From: Gnetum montanum
Taxonomy: Eukaryota; Plantae; Gnetophyta
DNA length: 64,000 bases
Assembly: GCA_015680685.1 (NCBI GenBank)
Contig: MNCI01000556.1
Span: 1,390,202 to 1,454,201 of the forward strand
Direction of reading: 5' to 3'
Shown piece after piece: positions 1-10,200 of the stretch. The translations under genes and the position numbers were made by a program. The notes below the pieces were generated by a model, which made no database searches, was not told where the DNA came from, and saw nothing but the letters and a program-made list of their open reading frames with translations. Position 1 is the stretch's first letter. Every line of letters begins with the position of its first letter.

Positions 1-2539
1 TTGTGTTCTTTTGTTTGAGCGTTTGTTTCACCTGGGCCAGTGTAGCTACAAAGTCTGTGTTATCGGCCGTTGTGTTGGTTGCCTCTGTATGGGTTGAGGT
101 CTTGGGCCTGGTTTGTTTGGGATTAGGGACAGGGCCCCCAGTGTTTCGTTGTTGCATACGAGGTGTGTCCTTTGTCTCAGCTGTGGATGTTGTTCGTTGT
201 TCATTTTTCCTCTTCTGCTGCCATTTGGTATGCTTATCCGTGTTGTTGGCAGGGTTGACTCTTAAGGGAGGGGAGGTTGAGATGTTTCCTACGGTTGGGC
301 ACTGGATAGGTGAGGGGCCATCGCGTGGTGGCACCTTTATGAAAAATGGTAGGTTGGGAGGTGTCGTTGTTGTTTGACTAGCTTGTTGTGGCACCTTGAT
401 AACGAAGGGTTTCTTTGCTGTTGTCGTTGGTGAAACATGCCAGTTTAACGTCTTAGCGGACATCTGTGGTGGCACTTTGACCACAAAGGGTGTTTTCGGT
501 GCCCGAGATTGCGTTGAATCTTGCCAGTTTAACGTCTTAGCGGATGTCTGTGGTGGTGGTACTTTGACCACGAAAGGTGTCGTCGATGCTCTAGGTGGCA
601 CCTTGATGACGATGGGAGGCCCCTTGCTCATGGAGGTGGAGGGGATTGTTGCCTTGCTGGGAGGCACACGAATCACAAAAGGTTGCCGCACAGGTTTAGG
701 CTTACTATCTATGCCAATGGAGTTTATGACATAGGGGGCATCGTCTGTGCTCGGTTGATTCAGGGTGTTGATGTTCAGTTGGCCCCGTTCTATCATTGCT
801 TGTAGATCATCCTTTAACGCACGACAGGTGTCGGTATTGTGACCGGACATTTGGTGGTAGTGACAGAATTGGTCTAACTTGAAATGTCGTGGAACCGGGG
901 GCTCATTTGGTGCTGCTAAGGTGGGGTTCCTTAGTAACTCGCAGTACCTATCATGTCGGCGGCGAGCATTCTCCGCTACGTGTTTGTATTGGATTTGCCC
1001 AGTTCTAAGGAGTTGCTCTAGGAGTTCTGAAGGTCGCGCAGGTAGAGGTGTGTACTTAGAGCGATCTTTGCGCTGAAAGTTGGGCCTTGGGGTGGCCCCT
1101 GTTGTTGTAGGCGGGTTGGTACTGGTGTTAGTTGTTTTTGTGCTTGCGGCCACAGTTTCCGTTGTTGTCTTTTGTTTGGCAACGTGTTGGTTCTTGTAAG
1201 CCACATAGGCGGGGTCATTGCTGGCTTGTGCAGCTTGTTCAATGTTCTTGATCTGTGTGAATGCTTGGCCCAACGTTTGAGCGCTTAGGTAGTACAGTTT
1301 TGACTTAATGAAGTCATTCACGGCTCCCTTCAGAATTGTAAGCAAATACTTTTCAGGGATGGGCTCATGAAGTTCGTTAAGGGCTGCACTCCATCGTTGG
1401 ATGAACTTTTGCACAGGCTCAAGTGGTGCTTGTTTCACCTGTATCAGACTGTCTAGTGTGGCTTCAGGCTTGAGGTTGTACTTAAACCGGGTAACGAACT
1501 GATGTAACAGATCCTCCAGAGAGGATATGGAGTTACGAGGCAAGGCTCGGTACCAGTCTAAGGCTACACCCGTTAAGGACATAGCGAACACTCGCAAGAT
1601 TGCGTGGGGCCAAGCTTGAAGCAATAGAGTTTCTGATCGAAACGTGACTAAGTGAGCGTTTGGATCTCCCTCCCCATTGTACTTGGTTAACTGGGGCAAT
1701 GCGATTCCCTTGGGTAAAGCTAACGGTGGCACTGAAGAGCTAATTGGATCGTCGCGATAGAAATCCAGTACTTTAACTTGTTCAGTGTTGTCAGCTTTGA
1801 GTTGCTTTATCTCATCCGCTAATGCTTGCATCATCTGTTTTGCTTCTGCCCACTCTTGAGCGGTAGGCAGATTAGTTGGTTGGGGAGGTTGTTGGGTTGT
1901 CATTTGTTGCTGTGGAGCGATGTTCAGAGTTGCGGTTGTGGGGTGTGGCACGTTGAAGTGAGTGGGTTGTTGAACAAGGGGTATGGCCCCTTGCCTAGCC
2001 ACAAACTGTGAAGTGACACCCTGGATGTGCGGGGCCGATGTAGTGAAAGTGGCCCCATGCGTTTGCACGTGTGGTATGTACTGGGTGGAGATGGGGGTGG
2101 GTAATCTCTGTTGGGGTACTGGTGCTTGTGTGCTCGTTGATGCTTGGTGAGTGGTTGTCTGTCCCATGCGAGGATGGAGTGATGGGTTCACGTAGGCATG
2201 GGGACTGAGGGTGTGGTATGAATCCTCAGGTTCAGATTGTGCCTCGAAGTCATCTACATCATGTTGGTTTTGGGGCTCCTCATTGGGTCACCGTGAGTTT
2301 TGGCTCCTTGCCAGAAGGAGCTGGGAGATGAGTTTATGCTGAGGTTCAGAAAGGGGGATGATGTCATATACAGAGGGGACGAATTCGTGACCTCCCATGT
2401 ATATGTGCTCGAAGTTTCGTTTCGCCTCCTGTTCTATGGTGTCAAGAGGAAGGTTGGCTTGAATCTTCACACAGATGTAGTTATACTGTTCTAGTGTGGG
2501 GGCTATGAAGGTGCATGCGTTAGAGGTCGGGGACTCCAT
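1..2539 (-). CDS. gag: Gag polyprotein (retrotransposon gag core + CHHC zinc knuckle), open from 2287 to the window edge; one in-frame TGA at 2288-2290
   Basis: Manual translation: MESPTSNACTF...SQNSR*PNEEPQ...LPQLTKYNGEGDPNAHLVTFRSE...VFAMSLTGVALDWYRALPRNSISSLEDLLHQFVTRF...VKQAPLEPVQKFIQRW...YTPLPARPSELLEQL...FCHYHQMSGHNTDTCRALKDDLQAMIERG... No stop between 2287 and 1, which is why the ORF track misses it. Confidence 0.92.
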
Positions 2540-2608
2540 GGCGATGTGTGATAGGGCAACGTACAAGTTGGTTAGCAAGTGCCAAGTGTGTTTCGGGCTA
2601 AGTGTACA

Positions 2609-2960
2609 AAGTGTCCGGCGTGTGAACGCTGAAAATTTTTCTAAGTGTCTGGGGTGTGAACACTGAAAATTTTTTCTAAGTGTCCGGCGTGTGAACACTG
2701 AAAATTTTTCTAAGTGTCCAATGTGTGAACACTGAAAATTTTTCTAAGTGTCCGGCGTGTGAACACTGAAAATTTTCTTAGTGTCCGGCGTGTGAACACT
2801 GAAAATTTTTTCTAAGTGTCCAGTGTGTGAACACTGAATTTTTTTCTAAGTGTCCAGCGTGTGAACACTGAAAATTTTTCTAAGTGTCCGGCGTGTGAAC
2901 ACTGAAAATTTTTCTAAGTGTCCGGCGTGTGAACACTGAAAATTTTTCTAAGTGTCCGGC
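2609..2960. repeat. Tandem array of ~34-bp unit AAGTGTCCGGCGTGTGAACACTGAAAATTTTTCT, ~10 copies, in the retrotransposon 5'UTR
   Basis: Units read directly at ~2609, 2643, 2678, 2712, 2746, 2780, 2814, 2848, 2882, 2916; head-to-tail with no spacers. Confidence 0.95.
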
Positions 2961-3232
2961 GTATACGCTGTGACACTGTTGCGTTTACGCTGTAACACTG
3001 TAGCGTTTACGCCAGAACACTGTAGCAGTTACGCTGGGCGTATACGCTGAAACACTGTAGCGTTTACGCCGGAACACTGTAGCAGTTACGCTGGGCGTAT
3101 ACGCTGAAACACTGTAGCAGCGTAGACGCTGGGAATTTGTAAACAAAGTTAGCGTATGGTTAACAGCGTAGACGCTGGGGTTTCAATTGTCAACGTAGAC
3201 GCTGGGGTTTCAGTTGTCAGCGTAGACGCTGA
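2960..3232. repeat. Degenerate short repeats built on (A/G)GCGTA(T/G)ACGCT and ACACTGTAGC
   Basis: Repeated gcgtatacgctg, gcgtttacgc, agcgtagacgctg and aacactgtagc. Confidence 0.8.
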
Positions 3233-3262
3233 AAGATTTGCAGGCGAAGTTTTAGACGGAGG

Positions 3263-3279
3263 CCCTCCTTCTAGCGCCA
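3263..3279 (-). promoter_or_regulatory. Primer binding site complementary to the tRNA-Asn(GUU) 3' end
   Basis: Minus strand TGGCGCTAGAAGGAGGG; plus strand CCCTCCTTCTAGCGCCA matches the plant cytosolic tRNA-Asn 3' end plus CCA; 5 nt from the LTR end (...GCACA). Confidence 0.88.
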
Positions 3280-3351
3280 AAAACTGTGCTGACCGAAATC
3301 GTCGGTGCGAGGCTGGAACGTTACAAGCACCGAAAGATCTGCGGACGAGCA

Positions 3352-3450
3352 NNNNNNNNNNNNNNNNNNNNNNNNNNNNNNNNNNNNNNNNNNNNNNNNN
3401 NNNNNNNNNNNNNNNNNNNNNNNNNNNNNNNNNNNNNNNNNNNNNNNNNN
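3352..3450. other. Assembly gap (99 N)
   Basis: Run of n. Confidence 1.
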
Positions 3451-3544
3451 GGCTCTAGTTAGAAATTTTTGTCGCCCCTGAAAATGCAGAAAACTGGGCT
3501 ATTTATAGGGGTAGGGTTACCGGGAAAATCGGACCGGGAGACAC

Positions 3545-3765
3545 GTGGGCGTATACGCTGGGCGTATACGCTACATCAGGCCAGCGTATACGCTGGGCGT
3601 ATACGCTGGACTTGTGAACTGGGCATATACGCTGGGCGTGTACGCTGGGCGTATACGCTGGGCGTGTACGCTGGGCATGTGAACTTGGATGAATGCTGGG
3701 CGTAGAGGATGCCAGCGTAAGCGTATAGCATGCCAGCGTAAGCCAAAAATGTGCACAGCGTATAC
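3545..3765. repeat. Cluster of GGGCGTATACGCT repeats (palindromic core AGCGTATACGCT) just upstream of the LTR TATA box
   Basis: About 10 copies or variants between 3547 and 3765. Confidence 0.85.
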
Positions 3766-3789
3766 ACATGAAAATGCTTCATTTTAAGG

Positions 3790-5195
3790 TCAAAAATTGA
3801 TTTTTGGGTGCCCAAGAGCTGCTGGAAACCTTGGGGAAGGTTTTGGAGGGTCTAGACGCTCGATTCTGGCACGTTTTGATGCATTTTTGGAGCCCGAAAG
3901 TTGCTGTACGCTGGCCACACCCCGACGTGTATGCTGGGCGTGCAAGAATTGGAGACCATCATTCGGAGCCCAAAATTTGATTTTCAAGTGCCCAAGAGCT
4001 ATTGGGAACCTTGGGGGAGGTTTCAGGGGGTCCGGATGCTCGATTCTGGCACGTTTGGATGCATTTTTGGGGCCCGAAAGTCTGTCTACGCTGGCCTTAC
4101 GCTGGGTGTACACGTCGGGCGTGCAGGAATGGAAGACCATCATTCGGAGCCCAAAATTTGATTTTCAAGTACCTAAGACCGGCTGGGAACCTTGGGGGAG
4201 GTTTCAGGGGGTCCGGATGCTCGATTCTGGCACGTTTGGATGCATTTTTGGGGGCCGAAACTCTGTCTATGATGGCCTTACGCAGGGCGTACACGCCAGG
4301 CGTGCAGGAATGGAGGACCATCATTCGGAGCCCAAAATTTGATTTTCAAGTGCCCAAGAGCTACTGGGAACCTTGGGGAAGGTTTTGGAGGGTCTAGATG
4401 CTCGATTCTGGCACGTTTTGGTGCATTTTTGGGGCCTGAAACTCTGTCTATGATGGCCTTACGCAGGGCATACACGCCAGGCGTGCAGGAATGGAAGTCC
4501 ATCATTCGGAGCCCAAAATTCGATTTTCAAGTGCCTGAGACATGCTGGGAACCTTGAGAAAGGTCCTGGGGGGTCTAGACGCTCAGTTCTGGCACGTTTT
4601 GATGCATTTTTGGGGCCCGAAACTCTGTCTATGCTGGCCTTACGCAGGGCGTACACGCCAGGCGTGCAGGAATGGAAGACCATCATTCGGAGCCCAAAAT
4701 GCGATTTACAAGTGCCTGAGACATGCTGGGAACCTTGAGAAAGGTCCTGGGGGGTCTAGACGCTCAGTTCTGGCATGTTTTGATGCATTTTTGGGGCCCA
4801 AAAGTCTGTCTATGCTGGCCTTACGCCGGGCAAACACGCCAGGCATGCAGGAATGGAAGACCATCATTCGGAGCCCAAAATTCAATTTTCAAGTGCCTGA
4901 GACCTGCTGAGAACCTTGAGGGAGGTCCTGGGGGGTCCAGACGGTCAGTTCTGGCACGTTTTGATGCATTTTTGGGGCCCGAAACTCTGTCTATGCTGGC
5001 CTTACGCAGGGCGTACACGCCAGGCGTGCAGGAATGGAAGACCATCATTCGGAGCCCAAAATTCGATTTTCAAGTGCCTGAGACCTACTGGGAACCTTGG
5101 GGAAGGTTCCAGGGGGTCTGGACGCTCAACTTTAGCATGTTTTGAGGAGTTTTTGAGCCCTGAAATTTGCTGTACGCTGGGCCTTACGTTGGGCA
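3790..5195. repeat. 181-bp tandem satellite-like array (~7.7 copies) inside LTR U3
   Basis: ATTCGGAGCCCAAAA recurs at 3961, 4142, 4323, 4504, 4685, 4866 and 5047 (exact 181-bp period). Confidence 0.97.
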
Positions 5196-5439
5196 TGTGT
5201 AGGCCAGCGTACAGGATGCATACTTAGTGAAAACCAAGTATTTTTAGCTCAAGATTTGCGAAGTTTGATGCCAGATGTCTTCGTAGTCTTCTGTGGATCC
5301 CAGGGAACTTTTACTTGCTCGGTTTGACTTCATTTGATGCTCTTTTGAGGCTTTCAAGCTTGGTCATGCTGAGGATCAACATGACTTAGCTTAATTTCTG
5401 TCTTCAAGTGTTAGCCAAAATTTTTGTGGTGTTTCACCA

Positions 5440-8189
5440 TCCAACAACAAGAAGCAAGGCCTAGCATAGGCTAGGATTAGCCACTGCCACCGCAAGACTA
5501 CAGACCATCGATGAGCCATCTTAGGGCCATTGCTGAGATGGTTAGTTGGGGAATTTGTGATGACACAAGCCTCTTCTATGTCATCGATGATTCCAATCAG
5601 CCTAATATTTCATTAGATTGCACAAGGGACGAATTATCCATTCAAACAGGAGGAGGGGAAAGAAAATGTTCACAACAGATCTTTGGAAATGAGGTGTAGT
5701 TAGAGACTGGTGAAGGGGCCATTGTGGTGGTCATGCAACACCAGAATGCTATAGGAGTTGCTGAAGTTGTCACTGACTACATCAAAGAATCCTTTAATGT
5801 ACCTGTTGTGCAACCGGTAGATCTCTTAGGTGCAGGAGATGCTCAAACTCTTTCGAGGACCTCAATGACTCCTGTAGAACATGAGGATGAACTAGATCAA
5901 TTGCTTCAAACAAGACAAGTTCTAACATCCTTGTTTGACATCCCTCAGGATGTAACAGCAATTAAATTAGACCTCATTTCTACAAAGGGGAAGCTGGTCA
6001 TATTCGAAGTAAGGGTCGAGCATGCTAAAGCTAAAGTGCAGAAACTACAAGAGTAGCTCGTAGCTTTAGAGGCAGCAAAGCAGGATCCTTTACAATTTGT
6101 TCCTGCAAATTAGTTGGATAACTTTAGAATAGAGAAACTGACCAAATTGATAGCAAAGAATAAGAAGGTGGCAAGAGAAAAGGAGACGGCCACTTGGGAT
6201 GCCTCCACAACACAAGTGCAAACTCATGAGCATTTTAAGGCACTCAAGGACTTAGAAGAAGAGAATAAGTAGTTGGTTGCAAATAACCTTCGGTTGACCT
6301 CTGTGGAGAAATAAAAGAATGTTCTCGATGAACACTTTCATCAATCATGAGAATAGTTCATTCAATTCAACTGAGATGTAAGCCATTTAGCTAGAGAAAA
6401 TTGAACCCTCTTAATGGAGGAGGTACGTGCTATTCGTAAAAAATCAGCCATTGAAATAAGCGTGTGGCAGAATGAGGCTAAATGACACAAGAAGCTGAAG
6501 GAGAACTTCCAGGATTAAGTGGGGATGTACAAACAAATCTTGGAGAAGGAGATCCATATGTCCAAGTCTCAAATCAACACTATCAGTGCTCAAAATACTG
6601 ATTGGAAGGCCATATTGTACACATATGCCTTCACCCACCAAGTGGAAGTTAAAAATCAGGACCTACAGACCCAAGACTTAATAGAGTACATGGAGTTGGC
6701 AAATCTTAGGTATTCCAATCTCTCCATGTTAACAGTAGGGTACCAAAGGTCAAAGCTTGAGCAGTAGGTAGCTTCCACCCACATCAAATATGAAGCATAA
6801 TTTGCAAAGTGCAAGAAGTTGACTAACAAACTATATGTCGTAGATTCTAAACTTGCAGTGGTAAAAGAAAGCTACCAAGGACAAAAAGATGTTGCAACCG
6901 ACTTGGCTCGATGGCTAATAGACCTTCATGAATACAAAGATAAATCCAGAGCCTATGAAGAGGACTGATGGGTGTTCATGGCATGGTACATCAAAGCCAA
7001 TCAGATGTTCCCGCAACTACCCTATCCATGGGAAGTGTCAACTCCATCAAACATTGGAACACTTGCATGGATAGCAGAAGATCCTCAAACTGAAGAGGAG
7101 AATCTCTAGGCCATTCTTCAATGCAATCAACCTTCAAAACTTGGAGGACAAGACAAAGGCAAGGCACCATGGAGGAGCCACCACCACCAGGAACTACATG
7201 AGTTCCATTTTTTGTAGTTGTAGCATTCTTTCTGTGTTGTGTCTTTCCACACTGCGGCATTGTTTCATTTCATTTTTTCCAGTTAATAATCCCATACCTA
7301 TCCATTGTATAATCAATAGAGCTTGTTCTCTTTGTAACTCGAGGATGAGTTTTTATTTAGTTGTGGGGGTATGATGGGACATGATATCACATGGGCCACG
7401 ATATCGCATACACGATATCACATCTTCCCCTACAATATCGCGTACATGATATCGTAGTGTGCCACAATGTCTATAAATAAGAAGTGGCTCTCCCTTGATT
7501 AGGTATTAGGAATTAGAAGTAGCAAAACTATGGCAGTTTGACCACTCTAGAGATAGATTATTTTTCCCGTGTCTACATGCAGTGTGGTGAATGTAATTGT
7601 ATAGAATTATTTATTCAAGTGTGACATACTTGAACACATACATGATCGACAATAAAGATCAAGATTACTTCATCATTGTAGTAGTCACTTTGTTTATTTA
7701 TTTACTGTTATTTAGTATTTTCTCTCTCTCACCCTTAAACTCCTAGAATGCAGAATGAGTACAACTTGATTAAAAGCATTTAAGTATGACTACTTGGTAG
7801 CCCAGTGGTGTACCTATGATTTGGACTTGGTAATCCTAGTGGTAGTCATGCATGAGGTCCAAGATGTGTACGGTTGATCAAGGAATTGGTTTCTCGTCGC
7901 ACTTAGGCTAGATTAGATTTCCTTACCTTTTCCTCCTATCTTAGATTAGTTAATATTACATTCCAATACCTTCAAGAGTAGCATTAGAATTAGGAACATA
8001 TCATACACCTCATCTGGACTAAACCATAAATGAAAAATATAATACTAGTCCAGGTGGAAAGACAGTGAATTGCGACCTAAGGATGACTGTCTAGGTGCCA
8101 CAACTAGTCCTTCTACGGAGTTCAACTGGATTGCAATGATAATGCTCATATTCGTACGGTTGAGTGTAGGGGTACCTCACCACTCATCA
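5440..8189 (+). mobile_element. Athila-like element E, 3' part: degenerate extra (env-like/coiled-coil) ORF, PPT and 3' LTR
   Basis: 5440-7200 coiled-coil ORF remnants homologous to the minus-strand extra ORFs at 25200-27850 and 51350-54221 (e.g. QDLIEYMELANLR); PPT-like AGTTGTGGGGGTA 7359-7371; LTR TGATG...CATCA 7372-8189. Confidence 0.8.
7372..8189 (+). repeat. 3' LTR of Athila-like element E
   Basis: TGATG/CATCA termini; CTATAAAT at 7471; 3' end (GGTTGAGTGTAGGGGTACCTCACCACTCATCA) is the reverse complement of the LTR ends at 29388, 41776 and 58840. Confidence 0.82.
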
Positions 8190-9041
8190 ACATGTAATCA
8201 CTAAAGATGTATGTCATTTTGCACTCGTAAGTTGATCCTATGTTATTAAGTCCAAAGGGCATCATGGTGTAAAAAAATGTACCCCAAGGGATCATGAAGG
8301 CTATGCTAAGTTGACGCTCAAGGTTGATCCTAATCTAGTTGTAGCCTAAGAACCCATCCATGAAGGATAAGAAGGCATGATCAATAGTGGTATTGATCAA
8401 TTAATCAATACTAGGAAACAAAAAATCATCTTTAATGGTTGCCATGTTTAGGTCTTGGATGCCTATGCAAATGTATATACTTTAATTCTTCTTAGGTACA
8501 ACTATGATGTTGGAGACCCACTCGACATAGTAAATGGCTTGGATGAAACCAACTTTGTAAAGCTTGGTGATTTCATCACAGATAGCCAACACCACATCAA
8601 ACCTAACGTTGTGTACCTTCTATTTTACTAGCTTAATGCAAGAGTATAGAATAATGTTATGTTGAAGTAACCTAGGGTCTAGGCTTGGCATGTCCTCATA
8701 TGAATATGCGAATGCTTTGATGTTATCATTTAACACCTTGGTGATGTCTTGGGCATGTTGGGGATCTTGTGAGGAACTTAGATTTAGCATTTTTTGCCTT
8801 ACCATTGGGTGTTATCATAGGGATCTCGACAAGGGAATCCTCTATGATGTCTCATACCTCTAGATCGAGAGTCTTGATTAGATGGTTGGGCCAATATAGT
8901 GGTGTCTCTATAGATGCCATGTATTTAGCATAGGTTATAGGATCAAGGTTTAGGTGATGTGGGTCAATGCATCACTTGATATCACCATGAGGTCCTATAA
9001 GGACCAGAGGTAAAACAAGCTACCCAAGCATGATCATATTC
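8190..9041 (-). pseudogene. pol: Tat reverse transcriptase, N-terminal half, degenerate
   Basis: FAYSYEDMPSLDPRLLQHNI...EWVSNIIVVPKK...SFMDGFLGYN*I...PWGTFFYTMMPFGLNNIGSTY. Confidence 0.9.
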
Positions 9042-10200
9042 CTACAAAATAAAATAATAAAAAATTAAGTAAAACCTATCTTAACCAAGGTAATATGCAT
9101 AAATGAATAAAAATAAATGCAATGAAAATTTACATAAGTATGCAAAATAGCTATAAAGAAGGGGTAAGCATGTATATGTGCTAGTTTTAGGTCTTAGCAA
9201 ACTGTAGATGTGTCAAATGTGTTAATTTGGGAAAGGATTGTTGCAATCAAGATTGGAAATCAGCTAATGCATTGACTGGATAACAACAAGTTGGAGATTT
9301 TGACTAAGTGTAAGTCACTATGCTCTCACCCAACTATGCTTCCACCAAAAAGTTGAAAATTTTTGGCTAAGTGTGGAGCATAGTCCTAGGTAGATGGGTC
9401 ATTAAACAACCCCAAGAGGGTATAAAAGCATGTTTTACCATGGTTAATTTATCATTTTCAAACTTGAAAAATGTGAAATTCAATGTGTAGATTTGATATT
9501 GTAGTTGTTTCATGCCACAAGAGCATAGTTGAAGCCATGATGCATTGAACTAGATTCTTGCACGTAGGACTAGCAAATGTGGATGAGGGAAAATGGGCAC
9601 TAGGACACCTACCACAAGCATGCATGAAAGAGAGGAGAACATTGGTGTCTTCCAAGTACCCCAACTATGCTCTCCCCTATGCCATTTTTTTCATTATTTT
9701 TTTTCTGCACTAAGGGTTTGGGAAAGTGAACATTGTTGGCACCTTTCCATGGTAGGGGCCACCACTGCTATGGGTCATTTTGGCCACCATGATTGGAAGA
9801 GCATGCATTTTCATCGAGGGTCCTAGAGTAATGATGGTTTTGCTATTGTGTGCATGGGTTTTGGGCATGTGTGGTGCGGTCGTAGGCTACGCTTCACTAT
9901 GTAATGGAAAGGAAATGATTATTATTAGGTGGCATGGCATAGCCATAAGGGGTCATGCATAGGGTTTTGGGGCTAAGCATAGGGTTGATTTGCTGTAGGG
10001 GTTTCCTAGGGCATGTGGGGTAACTTTCTACAAAAAATTTGTTCTTTTCCTTTTATGTTTTCCTATGACATGGTCAAGAAATGGATCGGGGTTTGGTAGT
10101 GGTCCAAGATGGTTGGTTGTATGGTAGAAGGTACAACAAGGGTTCGACAATTCTTGTTCTTATTATTATTTGGCACGTGGCAGGGATGAGGGCTCTAGCA

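Larger units (their letters stand above)
1..5439 (-). mobile_element. Young Ty3/gypsy Tat-clade (Ogre-like) LTR retrotransposon, 5' part (LTR, PBS, 5'UTR, gag); continues beyond left window edge
   Basis: Minus-strand gag with Tat-type Cx2Hx4Hx4C knuckle, tRNA-Asn PBS at 3263-3279, LTR 3285-5439; CpG-rich, unlike the rest of the window. The LTR spans an N gap, so continuity across it is assumed. Confidence 0.9.
3285..5439 (-). repeat. 5' LTR of the young Tat element (TGGTG...GCACA on minus strand; alternative outer end 5446)
   Basis: Starts next to the PBS; both ends resemble the LTR ends of the old copy (18645 tacaatgacc, 20355-20369 ggtggtgtttcatta); TATA-like CCCCTATAAAT on minus strand at 3501-3511. 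Confidence 0.75.

Noticed and set aside
3-1076. Plus-strand ORFs of 124, 112 and 65 aa
   Set aside because: Antisense shadows of the gag frame; their repeats (GGTLTTKG) mirror the PFVVKVPP motif
2288-2290. In-frame TGA in young gag as a programmed read-through or separate upstream ORF
   Set aside because: The old copy is open at the aligned position (..HEARIDYDEP..), and TGA is one CpG transition from CGA, so a point mutation is simpler
2609-2960. 34-bp repeats resembling a CRISPR array
   Set aside because: Units are contiguous with no unique spacers, there are no cas genes, and the context is a plant retrotransposon leader
3469-5227. Many overlapping ORFs on both strands with repeating peptides
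   Set aside because: By-products of GC-rich tandem repeats; the 181-bp period is not a multiple of 3, so frames rotate in each unit
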